A DNA stretch of 64,000 nucleotides from Ramazzottius varieornatus (taxonomy: Eukaryota; Animalia; Tardigrada), in the NCBI GenBank assembly GCA_001949185.1, contig BDGG01000004.1:2381620-2445619 (forward strand), read 5' to 3'. The first letter of the stretch is position 1; each line of letters begins with the position of its first letter. A program made the translations under genes and the position numbers. Shown here one piece after another: positions 39,501 to 51,300 of the stretch. Under the pieces are notes generated by a model. The model worked only from the letters and a program-made list of their open reading frames with translations. It was not told the origin of the DNA and made no database searches.

Positions 39501-40765
39501 GCAGGTGTTCGTTGGTGCTGATGGCGGATCGGTGGGAACCGTTGAAATATTGGTGTATCTGAGTCGTATTCATGTAGACAGATGTTCAAATATTAATATC
39601 CTTTGGTCAGCTACCATGTCGCACAGCTCGGTTTCAAACTTTGGGTCCTGGGTTGTATCTAGTTGTTTCTTCTGGGTCTTTCAGATCCCGAACAGCACTC
39701 ATGATTGATTACGACACCTGTAGCGGTGGATTTGCTTCTGTCCACAACTTCCTAGTTTCATGCGAAGACAAAAGATTACATTCATCGACCATTATGCTGA
39801 TTCATGCAATAGACTGCTCAAATTTACTGAAATACACGACCACAGGTGCGTGCCGTTTACCTTTTTGTTTGCATTTCTGGTTTAGAGGTAGTATCAATTG
39901 TTCTCTAGTTGCTTCAGATCAACACCACAGCTTTTACATCTGCGCTTCCACCTACCACAATATTTACAGAAAGCGCGTCGGAAACCTCGGAGTTTGTGAA
40001 GACTACGCAATCCTCGCAGTCTTTCTGTCACTTTTAAGATAACGCCGTTTGAAGGTCACCACACCCATGTCTCGATGGCGGTGCTCTAGACGACCAAACC
40101 CATATTGAACAATAATTGATATCTAACACAAACTTCCACCGGGAAACCAGGGAGCGTCTCGGCTTGTGAGCAGGTCTTGATGTTGGGAACCGTTTTATAA
40201 ATATCTGTCGTTTACCCGGTCAAAGTTGCCGCCTCGAATGAGTTCACGTCGTGCAAAAAAGTGGCTGGAGTACTGATCTCCGATAACCACTTGGATGTAA
40301 TCTGTTTAACAGATTAGGTTGATAAGGACGTCGTAAAACCACCATGTTGTATGTCGTTTGTGCTATAGTGTGCTAGGATAGCCCAGGAATGGCACCCTTA
40401 ACAGGTAGTACCTCATGCAATTAAATCTGGAAAGAAAACACGAAATAGGTGCGGCAGATACAGGTCTCCCACCTGAGCCATATGTGAGATCATATGGTTC
40501 TCCCAGCCCCAAGGATGTTTTAATTTCTTAAGCTTTCCCTATAATCGCAGGTGAATTTTCAAGCGTACTGCGGTAACTCAGGCCAAAAATTAATCTTTAC
40601 AAACAAAAAAAAGTGAAAAATCGGTAAGCGTATCATGGTATGCGGCTGAGCACGATTTAGATTCAGCGATATTATGATATTCCTTACCTCTTGCTTAGCC
40701 AAAGATCCTCTCAACAGAAGATAAATAAATAGCAAGGAGGAAAAGAAAGCGCTGACTCCACGCAT
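36585..40765 (-). CDS. SMOC: SMOC / Pentagone (Magu)-like secreted protein: Kazal, thyroglobulin-1, EF-hand (EC), thyroglobulin-1, EC
   Basis: Signal peptide MRGVSAFFSSLLFIYLLLRGSLA; Kazal VCGSDGRTYTSECELTRANC; TY IFVPECNPDGSYVSAQCHSSSGYCWCV; EC WKFNTFDVNKDHQL...CARTFIKYCD; second TY and EC; C-terminus RRPGPNPLEAYLRAD*. Confidence 0.92.
37923..37960. repeat. 20-bp tandem duplication in a SMOC intron
   Basis: TTGATACTATTCAGCGAA repeated twice with a 20-bp period. Confidence 0.8.
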
Positions 40766-41710
40766 TTTTGAATGACGACCGGTGGAAATATTGGCAGTCC
40801 TAATCATTGGAGTTCGCGATCAGAAAAATGAGGAGAAATACCCCATTTTTCCACGTGGGAAGTCCCGAACATAGTATGCGATTCCTTCTTCATATCTCAA
40901 TCACGGTGAACCAGAACACGCAGCTCTGGCTTCTACATTATGGTCGATCCGATACGTACAGTAAAAATAGGGTACGAGGTAAGTCAGAAGATGGGACACG
41001 TCTACGCGGGATACGGCCTTTTCGTGGCGAACCTCTGCGTCGGCCAACAAGTCCGCCGAAATCCTCCAATATGATATTATTAAAGTCGTTCGGAACTGGA
41101 AGGCAAATAACTGCACGACGTACTGGAAAGATCACTAATCCTTTTTCAGACTAAAGCTCAGAAGCGCGTTGGAAGGAACAGAAATTTATAATTCGAACCG
41201 CGGCACTGGATTTTCACGACGGGATCACTGAACAATTACCTTATGCTCTTTAGGTTCCGCACAGCAGCAAAAGATGAGAACTGTGCGATGCTTCTGGCGC
41301 TTCTGCAGAAATAGGCTTCGCTCTGGAAGGTTCGAAGTACTATGAGCAACTTTGGACACTGGCTAAAGGTCGCGCAGAACTGCAAAAGAGTTGTTCAACC
41401 AATCCAATCTTTTGATACGGGTGAGGCCGCCTTTCTAGGCGGTGCCTGCAAGATATGCAGCAGGATGCAGAATCGCAATCTTTGACATGTACATACGGCG
41501 CCTTAATTGAATTTGATCAGCAGCCATCATCAGCTAGCCAAGCTGGATCAAGTTTCCCGATTTCCGATCTCTGTGATTCTGCGTGCGAGCTCCTCTGGGG
41601 TCCTGCCTGACTTTCGAACCCCGATAAGGAGCGTATTGAACTTTCTCACCGTGACAGCTCTGCTGCTTTCCCTGGACACGAGAGACGATACATAGTGCGG
41701 AGTACGGACC

Positions 41711-44031
41711 ATGGAAGACCAGGATGAAGAAAAGTAGGTTGCTACCAAACTTTTGTTTTCTTACGTTGATAATCTACAAACCGTGTAAGAATCTTTGCTT
41801 TACAGTACAGCAGGATTGTTGGCTGGCGATGGTGTGGAAGTTGGAAAGTCCGAGCATGCTGGGCAAAAGTCGAAAGCGCAGTTGCGAGCGGAAAGACGAG
41901 CTGTCCAGGTTGGTCATAAGGGAAGATTGTCGGGATGTCCTACTGTATATATAGCAGGCGTTTGTCGAATAGCCCGTTTCGTTACAGGAGGCGCAAAGAG
42001 CCAGGAAAGCAGAGTCTGCCAAAACGCCTGGTGAGAGCAGCAAGGCAAAAGCTGCAAAGCCGAAGGAACACAGTGCGCAACCGAAGGAAAAAATGTCATC
42101 AGCACAAGAAAGCGCCCTATTAAAGTCTTCCACTGTGACCACTAGCGGTTTCAGTGTCTCAACCCTCGGTCCTCAGCTCTCGAGTGAAATACTCGGAAGG
42201 ACAAGGACATCCTCCATATCAGCCATGGAAAGAATAAGAACAGCTTCGTTCACAACTCGAGCAGAAGCCATACCACCCAAGGGAGTACAAATAGACACGC
42301 CTCCACCAAAGCCAAATACATCGGACAAGTCGAATAAAGCACTACCGGAAGCAAGCAGGCAGCGTAGTTTCAACTCAGAAGGTAGTGTTGTAGCGGAAGC
42401 CGGCGGAGCCATTGGAAAGCTGGGAATATTTTCGCACTTGCCCATCCCGGATAGGAATGTGAACCTGGCAAGAGACATGAGGTAAGTACGAGCGAAGTTC
42501 GCGACGCTGCTATAATCAAGCTGTATAAATACATATTTTTCTTGCAGTTTCTCCTCTAACATTATTCATCCTGCCATATTGAAGCTGGGCGCGCAGTACG
42601 CCAATGGCATCATCAGTGGTTCTAATGCCAGATGTATTGCTTTGATTTCCGCGTTGAAAAGGGTACGGTACGATAAGGATTCTCTGTGAGTGAGAGGTCT
42701 GGACATTTGTGTTTTGCAGGTGATATGTGATTACCAGACCCCAGCCGACAAGATTCTGTCCCGCGACCTTGAAACTCGCATAAAGCCGATGATCAAGTAA
42801 GTGCGCCGTTCGCGAAAATATTTACGCTGGATGAAAAACTTGCTTTGAAGCGCCGCATAGCAGTCGTTTTTGCAGCTTTCTTGCCCAGTCACGACCCTTG
42901 GCAGTTAGCATGGGGAATGCGATTCGGCATTTGAAATGGCTGATTACTCATATCCCGGAAAACATGCCAGAATCCGAGGTGAGAGCCTCTTGCTGTTTCA
43001 ACAGTGCGCATAGAAGCCTTCATGGGTTTGTTTTGAAGGCAAAGAAGCACATTTGTGATAGTATGGACCATTTCGTTGATGAGAAAATTGTGATAGCGGG
43101 AAGAGCCATTTCCGGAACCTTCGCTGCGGAAAAGATTAAAGAGAACGACGTAATTTTAACGTACTCTTGGTAAGCGCAGGATCATTCAGCGCGCTGTTTC
43201 GTTATTTCTCAGTGTTCACCTCAATTGTCGAATTGTTTGCAGCTCGTCGCTGGTCACGAGAGTACTGGTTGACGCTCACAAGAGTGGCAAGAAGTTCTCC
43301 GTTGTCGTCGTCGACGGTCGACCCAAAATGGAAGGTACGCCGCCTCGTTATGGAGCAGGGAATTTGCGCGTGTACTGAGACGGTAGCTTGGAACTAACGC
43401 ACCTGTTGCAGGACGTGAACTGCTCCGCAGACTGGTGCGCAACGGAGTGAAGTGTTCGTATGTACAGATCACAGCAATCTCTTACATTATGCCAGAGGTG
43501 CGTTCTTATTTTTGATGGCTTATCAAATTAGTCACGTTGTGTTTTCCAGTAAGGCGTTTCAGGCCACCGAGTTTTCGCTCTTGCAGGTCACCAAAATACT
43601 TCTGGGTGCCGAATGCCTGCTAGCTAACGGCGGTGTCATGTCGAAAGTCGGAAGCTCACAGATTGCCCTAGTAGCGAAATCATTCAACGTGCCGGTTTTA
43701 GTTTGCTGCGAGACGTACAAATTTTGCGAACGAGTCCAGACTGATTCCATTGTTCACAACGAACTCGGTAAGTTTCGTCGCGCGAACACTTCCGGGCAGC
43801 TTTTGTCAGCTTAACGAATCAACTAACAATATCTTTTTGATGATGACAGGTAACCCGCAAGACCTCAACCTAACTCCAACAGAAGAAGAGCCGGCAATGT
43901 TGTCAAGACTGAACCTGGTATTTGACGTGACTCCCCCTGATCTAATTACCATGGTCATAACCGAGATCGGTATGATGCCTTGTACCTCAGTACCTGTCGT
44001 ACTTCGAGTGAAGCATGCTCTGATAAAGTGA
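41711..44031 (+). CDS. EIF2B4: Translation initiation factor eIF2B subunit delta
   Basis: [114 protein letters not shown]. Confidence 0.96.
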
Positions 44032-44191
44032 ACTCCAGACTTTACAGGATGGCTGCTTTCTGTCACTTGCCGGAAAACTCTCTGACAGACTATCACTGTT
44101 TTTAAACTTGAATATTTTGTTTCCCTTTTACTTCCAGTAGGGTATAAACACTATCCAGCTGTGATAACAAATCATGACTGGAAAGGAACAA

Positions 44192-47100
44192 TCAAAAATT
44201 GTTTTCATGACCAGTAACAATATAAAGATTACCCGCCGAGGCACTGTGGTCCACAGGTTTGCTCTCCAGAACAGTTAACCGATCACTTCCTAACGCTCGA
44301 TACACTTTCGTATCGTCCGCAATGTCCTGCGTTACTTCATCATTAGCGTAACTTCTTCCCTGCATGCCATGCCGATGAAAGGCCAGCAACCCGTCCGTCA
44401 AGCAGACGATGCTGGCAATGATGAAGTCAAAATGAAATTCCGTCACCGGTATCGTTGATCGATTCGACACTTTGCCTTCGGGATCAACCACCCTCACTAC
44501 GTTATCACTGGCGACTAGCACCGTCCAGCTGTCGATTTGATTGATGGAGATAATGTCCAGGTACGCGTTGGGTATTGAAGGAGCGTCCGAGTTAGTCACG
44601 GTTACTATCGAGGAGTTAAAGTCTACCACCTCGAACTGCACACCTTCCAGCTCGCCCATTAATGGCCGAACGCCGGTACACACCACTGGGAGATCGGCAT
44701 CTTTGACCAGCATGTAGAAGGTAGTGAACGGTGAGGGTAACCGCCAGTCAATCTGCCGAAGCATCATGTACTTGCTCATGGGTTCGTACCACTGCATCAG
44801 GATGATGTTGGTCGGCATGGCGGCTGCTAGATACCTCGAACCGTTGGTGGTATTGCGACCTGCAAGGCGTAAGCATATGAAAAGGTTCATCGTAAACATA
44901 TCACTCTCAAGTCTCAACAAAGTTGATAAATCGGCCACCCAAACATCATAACGCTAATCGAGCAGTGACCGACTTAGCGTTCTTGCACCGGACAGCTCGT
45001 ACATACGGAACTAGGAGGATAAATCGGTCTCCCCTGGATCACGACACATAACAGAGATATGTAAGGGGTGACAGATTCACCCATCTTGCCTCACGTCTTC
45101 ATGATTAAGTTACGTACCCGTACAGCACCGGAGACAGCCGCGTGTTTCCGCTACTTTTGAACTGGCGATAAACTTTCTTGGCATGAACTTTTCCGGGATC
45201 TTGTTCATGGACAAGGAAAACCTACTCGACTGCCTGCCATGAAGGGATATTAGGTCGTGCCGGTACAGATGTGGAGTCTTGCCGGAAACCGTCATCAGGA
45301 TATCGCCGTTGACATGCAGCCATGTTGCGCGTCGGTTATGCAGCAGGTCCATGGCCAGTTCGTGGAGTTCGTTGAGGTTTAAGGTGTACAGGCCTTCTTC
45401 CGAAGCTACCAGGATATGCTGATCGCGAGTTACCGGGTGTATCCACGAGGCAGTACAGTGAATGTGCAGTGGACATTCGTTAAATATTTTGGAGAAGCAG
45501 GCACCCATGTGAACTCTGGGCGTTTTCGGCAGGCCGTTGGCGATGAGCGTTCCACCGTTAGACTCTCGCTCTTCTTTCTTCCTCCGTAAATGCTTTGTCC
45601 GAGGTGGCGGTTCAGGATGCGAGGTCTCACCGTCCATCCATTCGGTTTTGTGATCTAACAGAATACGATTTAGTAATAATCGAATCACGAGGTGTATGTT
45701 CGGATATTGTTCAAGCTCACCTCTGTCCGACCTTTCGCGCTGACCGACTCGAAGGGTAGAAGAAAAGCCATCGTCGTCTAGATCCAAACTATCTTCGAGC
45801 GACATGGCACCCATGGAAGGCAGGACAGGCGTTGATTTCGGGCGGTTCGATGGCTGTTTGTCACTGGGACGGCGCAAGGTTCGATCTAGTGTTTCTGTGC
45901 TACTGTTCGAATGGATACCAGAATCGTTGTTCTTTTCTAACGGAGGCAGCTGGACGCTTTCGCTGTGATTCAAACCAGGTAAGTGGTTACGGAACCTGGC
46001 AAGAACAGAAGGCAAGTTGGGCGAAGTGCGTTCGTTTTCTTCTGGGGGCTTCTTGGACGGGATACGCTGGAGGCGATTAGGTGCACCGTGGTCGTCGTCC
46101 GTTTCTTGCTCGTTCAAGCTTTCGCGATCGCGAGCTGTTAATGCCTTGTGAGGATTTCGAGCTAGCTCTATAAGGTCCTTACCTGAAAGAAATATTCTGT
46201 GTTACAAACTCACACGCAAACTTCATTTTTCTCTCACAAAGTCCAGGACCTGCGTACTTCCAACCTATGGCAAATATACACTCAGATGTATGCATGTGAC
46301 TGAAAGACAGGTTTTCGCTGCTTATCAAGTTCAGTTTTGCTCTTCATGCTGTTTCCAGTTTATTAAGCAATTTGCCACAGGGAAATATGGAGATAGAAAC
46401 CTTAATACTCTTACCTAATGCGCGGCTGAGGTTGGACTGGCGGACAAAGGGGTGGTCGGATAGTTGAGCAGCAGTAGGTCGCTTCTTTGGGTTCTTGGTC
46501 AGGGAAACCTTGATGAAATTCTGATAGTCCAGCGACCACTTATTCTTGTCTTTCAACTGAGGTGGCTTGTAGTTGCTCTTTGACAGAAGGTACAACGCTC
46601 TCATGGGATGCAGATCGAACAGCGGAGGCTGAAGTTCTGCTAGCTCGATCGAGGTAATCCCAAGTGACCAGATATCGCACTGCTGGTTATATCCACCTTT
46701 CCTTTCCACTGCGGCGATTTCTGGACTCATCCTGCGAAACATGTTCCAGTACACAGGACAAATAAAGATAAATGCGATGTGATAACATACCAGTATGGAG
46801 AGCCGATGAAGCTTTTTCTTTTGCTCAATGTCGTCGTGATTTGTGCGGAGACTCCGAAGTCAGCCAGCTTGACGTCGCCGTCTTCCGTCAGGAGGATATT
46901 CGCGCCCTTGATATCCCTGTGCATCTTTCCCATTTGATGAAGATACGCCAGTCCTTTCAGTGTTTCTCGAATGACGAAGGAGATATGTTTTTCAGGTAGA
47001 GGACCGATAGCGTGGTAGATGTCTTGAAGTGATCCACCGGAGCAGAACTCCATGCATATCCACAAGCGGCACTGCCGCATATATGCACCATAATACGCCA

Positions 47101-47326
47101 CAACGTTGGCATGGTTGAGTTCCTTCATCACCACAATCTCTTGGAGGATGACGCTGAGATCGTCACCGGGTTCGAACTTGATGATCTTGATGGCAGCCAG
47201 CGTTTGACTTCCGAGACGACGAGCCTTGTAAACATCGCCATATGTCCCACCACCGATGCGCTGGAGAACTTCATACTCCAGCTGAGGATTAGCCCGGGAA
47301 ATGTCGCTGAGTATGGAGTGACTCAT
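44192..47326 (-). CDS. MAP4K3: MAP4K3/MAP4K5 (happyhour) GCK-I kinase with C-terminal CNH domain
   Basis: STE20 kinase domain ([53 protein letters not shown]) plus CNH domain ([18 protein letters not shown]...[11 protein letters not shown]...[12 protein letters not shown]). Confidence 0.95.
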
Positions 47327-48311
47327 GGTGAGTTTCTTTCTTGAACTCCCGATGTATATTCAATCAGGTATCCTGTAAGAATGACACATATTAATGGAAG
47401 CATATCGAAATTATGGAAGGCTATATCTGCCTAATCCATGAGGTGCACGAGTCACGATTACAACGATGATCTTGCTGCTTGCTGACTACATCGACGCACT
47501 TTGGATGATGCTATGATAATTATGTACGAACAATTTCACGATCTTTACCTGATGAGCAATAGTAATGACGCACATTCAATGCCCGATGCTGAATCCCTGG
47601 CGGCAAGACAGTCTTGCGTATGTTGTCGATGTTCGAACCCTTCTGATTACACGCTATACGGGAGAGCAATCCTATCTCCAAATGGTCATCGGAATCTGCA
47701 AGAAGAACCTAGTTCAAGAGTTACATCGGGACTTTGGAATCTGACAACACATTTTCCGCATCCGCTGAGATCCAGTCAAATATGGCTCCTACCGAGCGTC
47801 TGCGGTAGCCGTCATACGTATCGTCCTGGCATTGAATTCCTGGAAGCAGATAAATCAGCAAACATGAGCTGACGACGACTTGGATGAGGGATCGTTTAGA
47901 TAAAGATGAAGGTATAAAGGTTCGAAGTGTGTATGCGCAGAACGGAAACCAGGTGAAGCTGAAGAGTCACCGAGAGCGATTGTGATCAACAAGACAAGTT
48001 CAAGGCTTCGTCAATCTCTGGCTTCGTGGACTGCCTGACATACATACATCGTAACACACATGGGATGTCATGGTTTTTCGATTGTTGCCTTACATCACCA
48101 GCCTGACTCTCTTACGTTCTACAGTCTTACTACAGCACCCTGATTACTAGGAAGTTGGGTTGCACGACGGCGCTTTTCTGTTTCATAGCATGGTTTCATC
48201 AATCTGTGGACCAGTAAATCTATCACAGATTTGAATCCAAATTATTACTGTACCAACGGAATTCTGGCAAGGGCGACTTTCACAGAAAGACTTGCAATTC
48301 TATTTCCGCAT

Positions 48312-51300
48312 TCAGACGAAATGTAAGGCGCCAGGAGCACTATTTACAACATCACAGATGCTTTTGATGAATTCCTGACAGGACAATAAAAACCTCTGGT
48401 TATTATCGATTTGAGTCTCAACAAGGCTGATATCTTGGGAAAGTTGTTCAGACACTTTTGGTTTCTTGCGGTAACTAGGACTCGTCGCCATGTTCCCGAG
48501 GTCGTGGAAGCGATCCAATAAGGCTTTGCGGGTGGACACCATTATTTCCACGGAATGTTCGGCGTCTTCCATCATGGAACGGCAACAACCTATCATCTGA
48601 AAATAAGATATCAGGGTCGTACCCGTCTGTGCTAATTGCCCCACCAGTACTCATAGGGTTACACCAACCTGGTTAAAGAGGTCCACAAGTTTCCGGGAGC
48701 CCTGCTGGCTCATATCCGACGCATTTAGCTTTATCTCCGGAAATATTCCGTGGGTTTCGACTGTACAATGCTGACTTGAGTCGTTCGAAGAAAGTCTTGC
48801 GAACATCTCCTCTACACAGAGCTTGATGGGAGCTGATGGAGTTTCGCCCAACTCTTCCTTAAATGTGATGATCGCTCTGTCCAACAGTTCTTGCATGACC
48901 TGGACATCCTTGACTTTCGACAGCACGCCCTAAAACGTAATTCCCAGAACTGTTGCACTATGTTCAGGTCGTCTAGCAGTATAGGGTCTGTTAGCCACGA
49001 TTTTGATATGTTTAGTATTTACCTTGATAAGGTCATCCAGTGCTTTGTCGCCGACTGGCTTGAGGTCATCTAGATGTTTCTGCCGTCGCTGGATCAGAAA
49101 GCCCGGTGAACCACCTCGTATAGCTTTCTGAAATAAAAGTCCCTAACCGTCACCGTAATGTGATTGTTACATAGCCATAAAACATCCAAGGTAACAGGGT
49201 TGAGGATAAAGTACCCCGCCTCCCCGTTTATCGGTGATCGCAACATGAACGAACAGGTAACAATTCGGAATATCACGTCCATAGAGCGATTTCAGCCTGA
49301 TGTGCCGGTATCCAGTTTGTACGCAGGGCACGGAGATACTGTATTGACCGATGAAGTCATCACCAATGCAGTCATCATCGAGGACTAGAAATCGGAGAAT
49401 GGCAAGCTCCATAGCAGTAAGGTGAAACTCTATCGTTTCGTCAAAAACTGGATCATCTAAAAGTACAAAAGAAGCGATTCATCGGGCCATATGTCAGAAC
49501 ATATTTCATTGCAGCAGTGTGTTAGAGAACCCACTGTTGTTTGCAACAGTTTTGGTCCTGGAACCCGCGCAGTCGGTGGAGACTCCAAAGATGTCAATTT
49601 TGACAAACGGGTCTATGACGTCACCCTTGGTGGCAGCTCCGTTGGGTTTCGGTAGGTTAACCGCACTGATGACCTAAAGATACCGCGTTAGCTTCAAGTT
49701 ATCCGACCACAGTTATTCTCTCCACTGGGTACCTTGATGCAAAGCGTCTTTGGTTTGGAGGTTGGAATGCGATTGCGGCTAGCGTTGAGCATCACTGTAG
49801 GGTCGAGTAACGCGAGGGGCTTGAGTACATATCCGCAGTTCCCGTTCTGTGCGAAGCGAGCGTTATTGAGATCCATCATCATACCGACACTTTGGTAGTT
49901 TAATGCAGCGATCTGACAACCACAGCACCATACTTCCTGCGGACTGAAGTTACCTATAAAAAAACACAGACGTTACACTCACCGGCCTCTAGACTCAAAA
50001 TCTCCAAGAGCGACAATCGACGTACTTGAATCAATGCGCATTCCACTGGGGTAAACTCGAACTAGATTCCGCTCGGTAAAGCGAACGAAATCATCGATGG
50101 CGGAGTGAGCCAGTTTCAGTGCCATCGTCTCCGGAATATTCTCGACCGACGGCTCATTCACTTGGAAACATATAAGTTCATTGTACAAAAGACCGATGCA
50201 TCGTATCCAACAAGATTTGTTCCAAAGGATAATCAAGGCACCACATACCTTGACTGCGGGATTTTTGAAAACTTTGGAATCGGTAATACTGGCAGGAAAC
50301 CAAGTCCGAGAAGCCTTTCGACAAGCGGATCTTCTTGATGGACCCTGTTCGTTGGTGGTTTCTAAACTTCAGCGATTCTGCCGACTCATCTTCTTCGGTG
50401 ATTTCCCCCGAGTCCTCGACCGTTCGACTTTTGGATGGCGGCAGCTTTCGGCCCAGGATGAGGATCTTGTTACGTAAGGTCTCTGGTGAAGGAAGGTCCT
50501 GCCCAGGTTCGCCGTCAGATGGAGCTTGCCACAGAAAAGGTCCCAAGCACTCGTGGAGAAGCTCTACGACCACTGCTTGCTGTTGCATTGAGCAATGCAT
50601 TTCAATGGAGAGTATTAGAGGATACGGAGATCGCTCAAAGGCATAAGCTTTCACAGCTTCCATGACGCGGCGGAAAGGCAGTTTCGATGTAAGAGTGTGA
50701 CCATGGTAGACCACTGGATCGTTGTTGTCTCCATCCCAGAGGTCGACTACAAAGAACCGGAAACGGTCGATAAAAAGTCGTTTCCGGCGGGGATTTGACC
50801 TGATGCAAACGTACTTTCGACGAACCGAGCCCCATTGGCCAAAGCTTGCACATAGCCTGCGAGCAAAGGTAAGTTGGCTTATCTACCAAAGATGTGTGAA
50901 ATTTTGCAGAAAGTACCTTCGACGCTTGAAGGGCCTTTTAGCTGGTCCTCAACTAGATACCTAGACATCAGGAAAAACACTGTTTAGCCTTGTGAACGCC
51001 ATGAAAAAGGCTTGAGTGCCGATGGCTGACTTACGTGTTATGGGAAGAGGCAATAAAATAGTGAGAAAGCGGCTGGTTCATATCTTGGCACACTGTCCTC
51101 TGCTCCATATCGAATATATCACAGGTGTCCGAAATCAGAAATCTTGTCAGACCTGCAAGAACCCCCTATAGCATGGACGTTCTTGTGTCTATTAGAGCGA
51201 GCATGTCTACGAACCTTCGATGTGCAAATGGTTGTTTGTACGGGCTGGCTCTCCGGGTTCGAATTCTTCAATCACCGTTGCCGCGTATTTGTGCGAGACG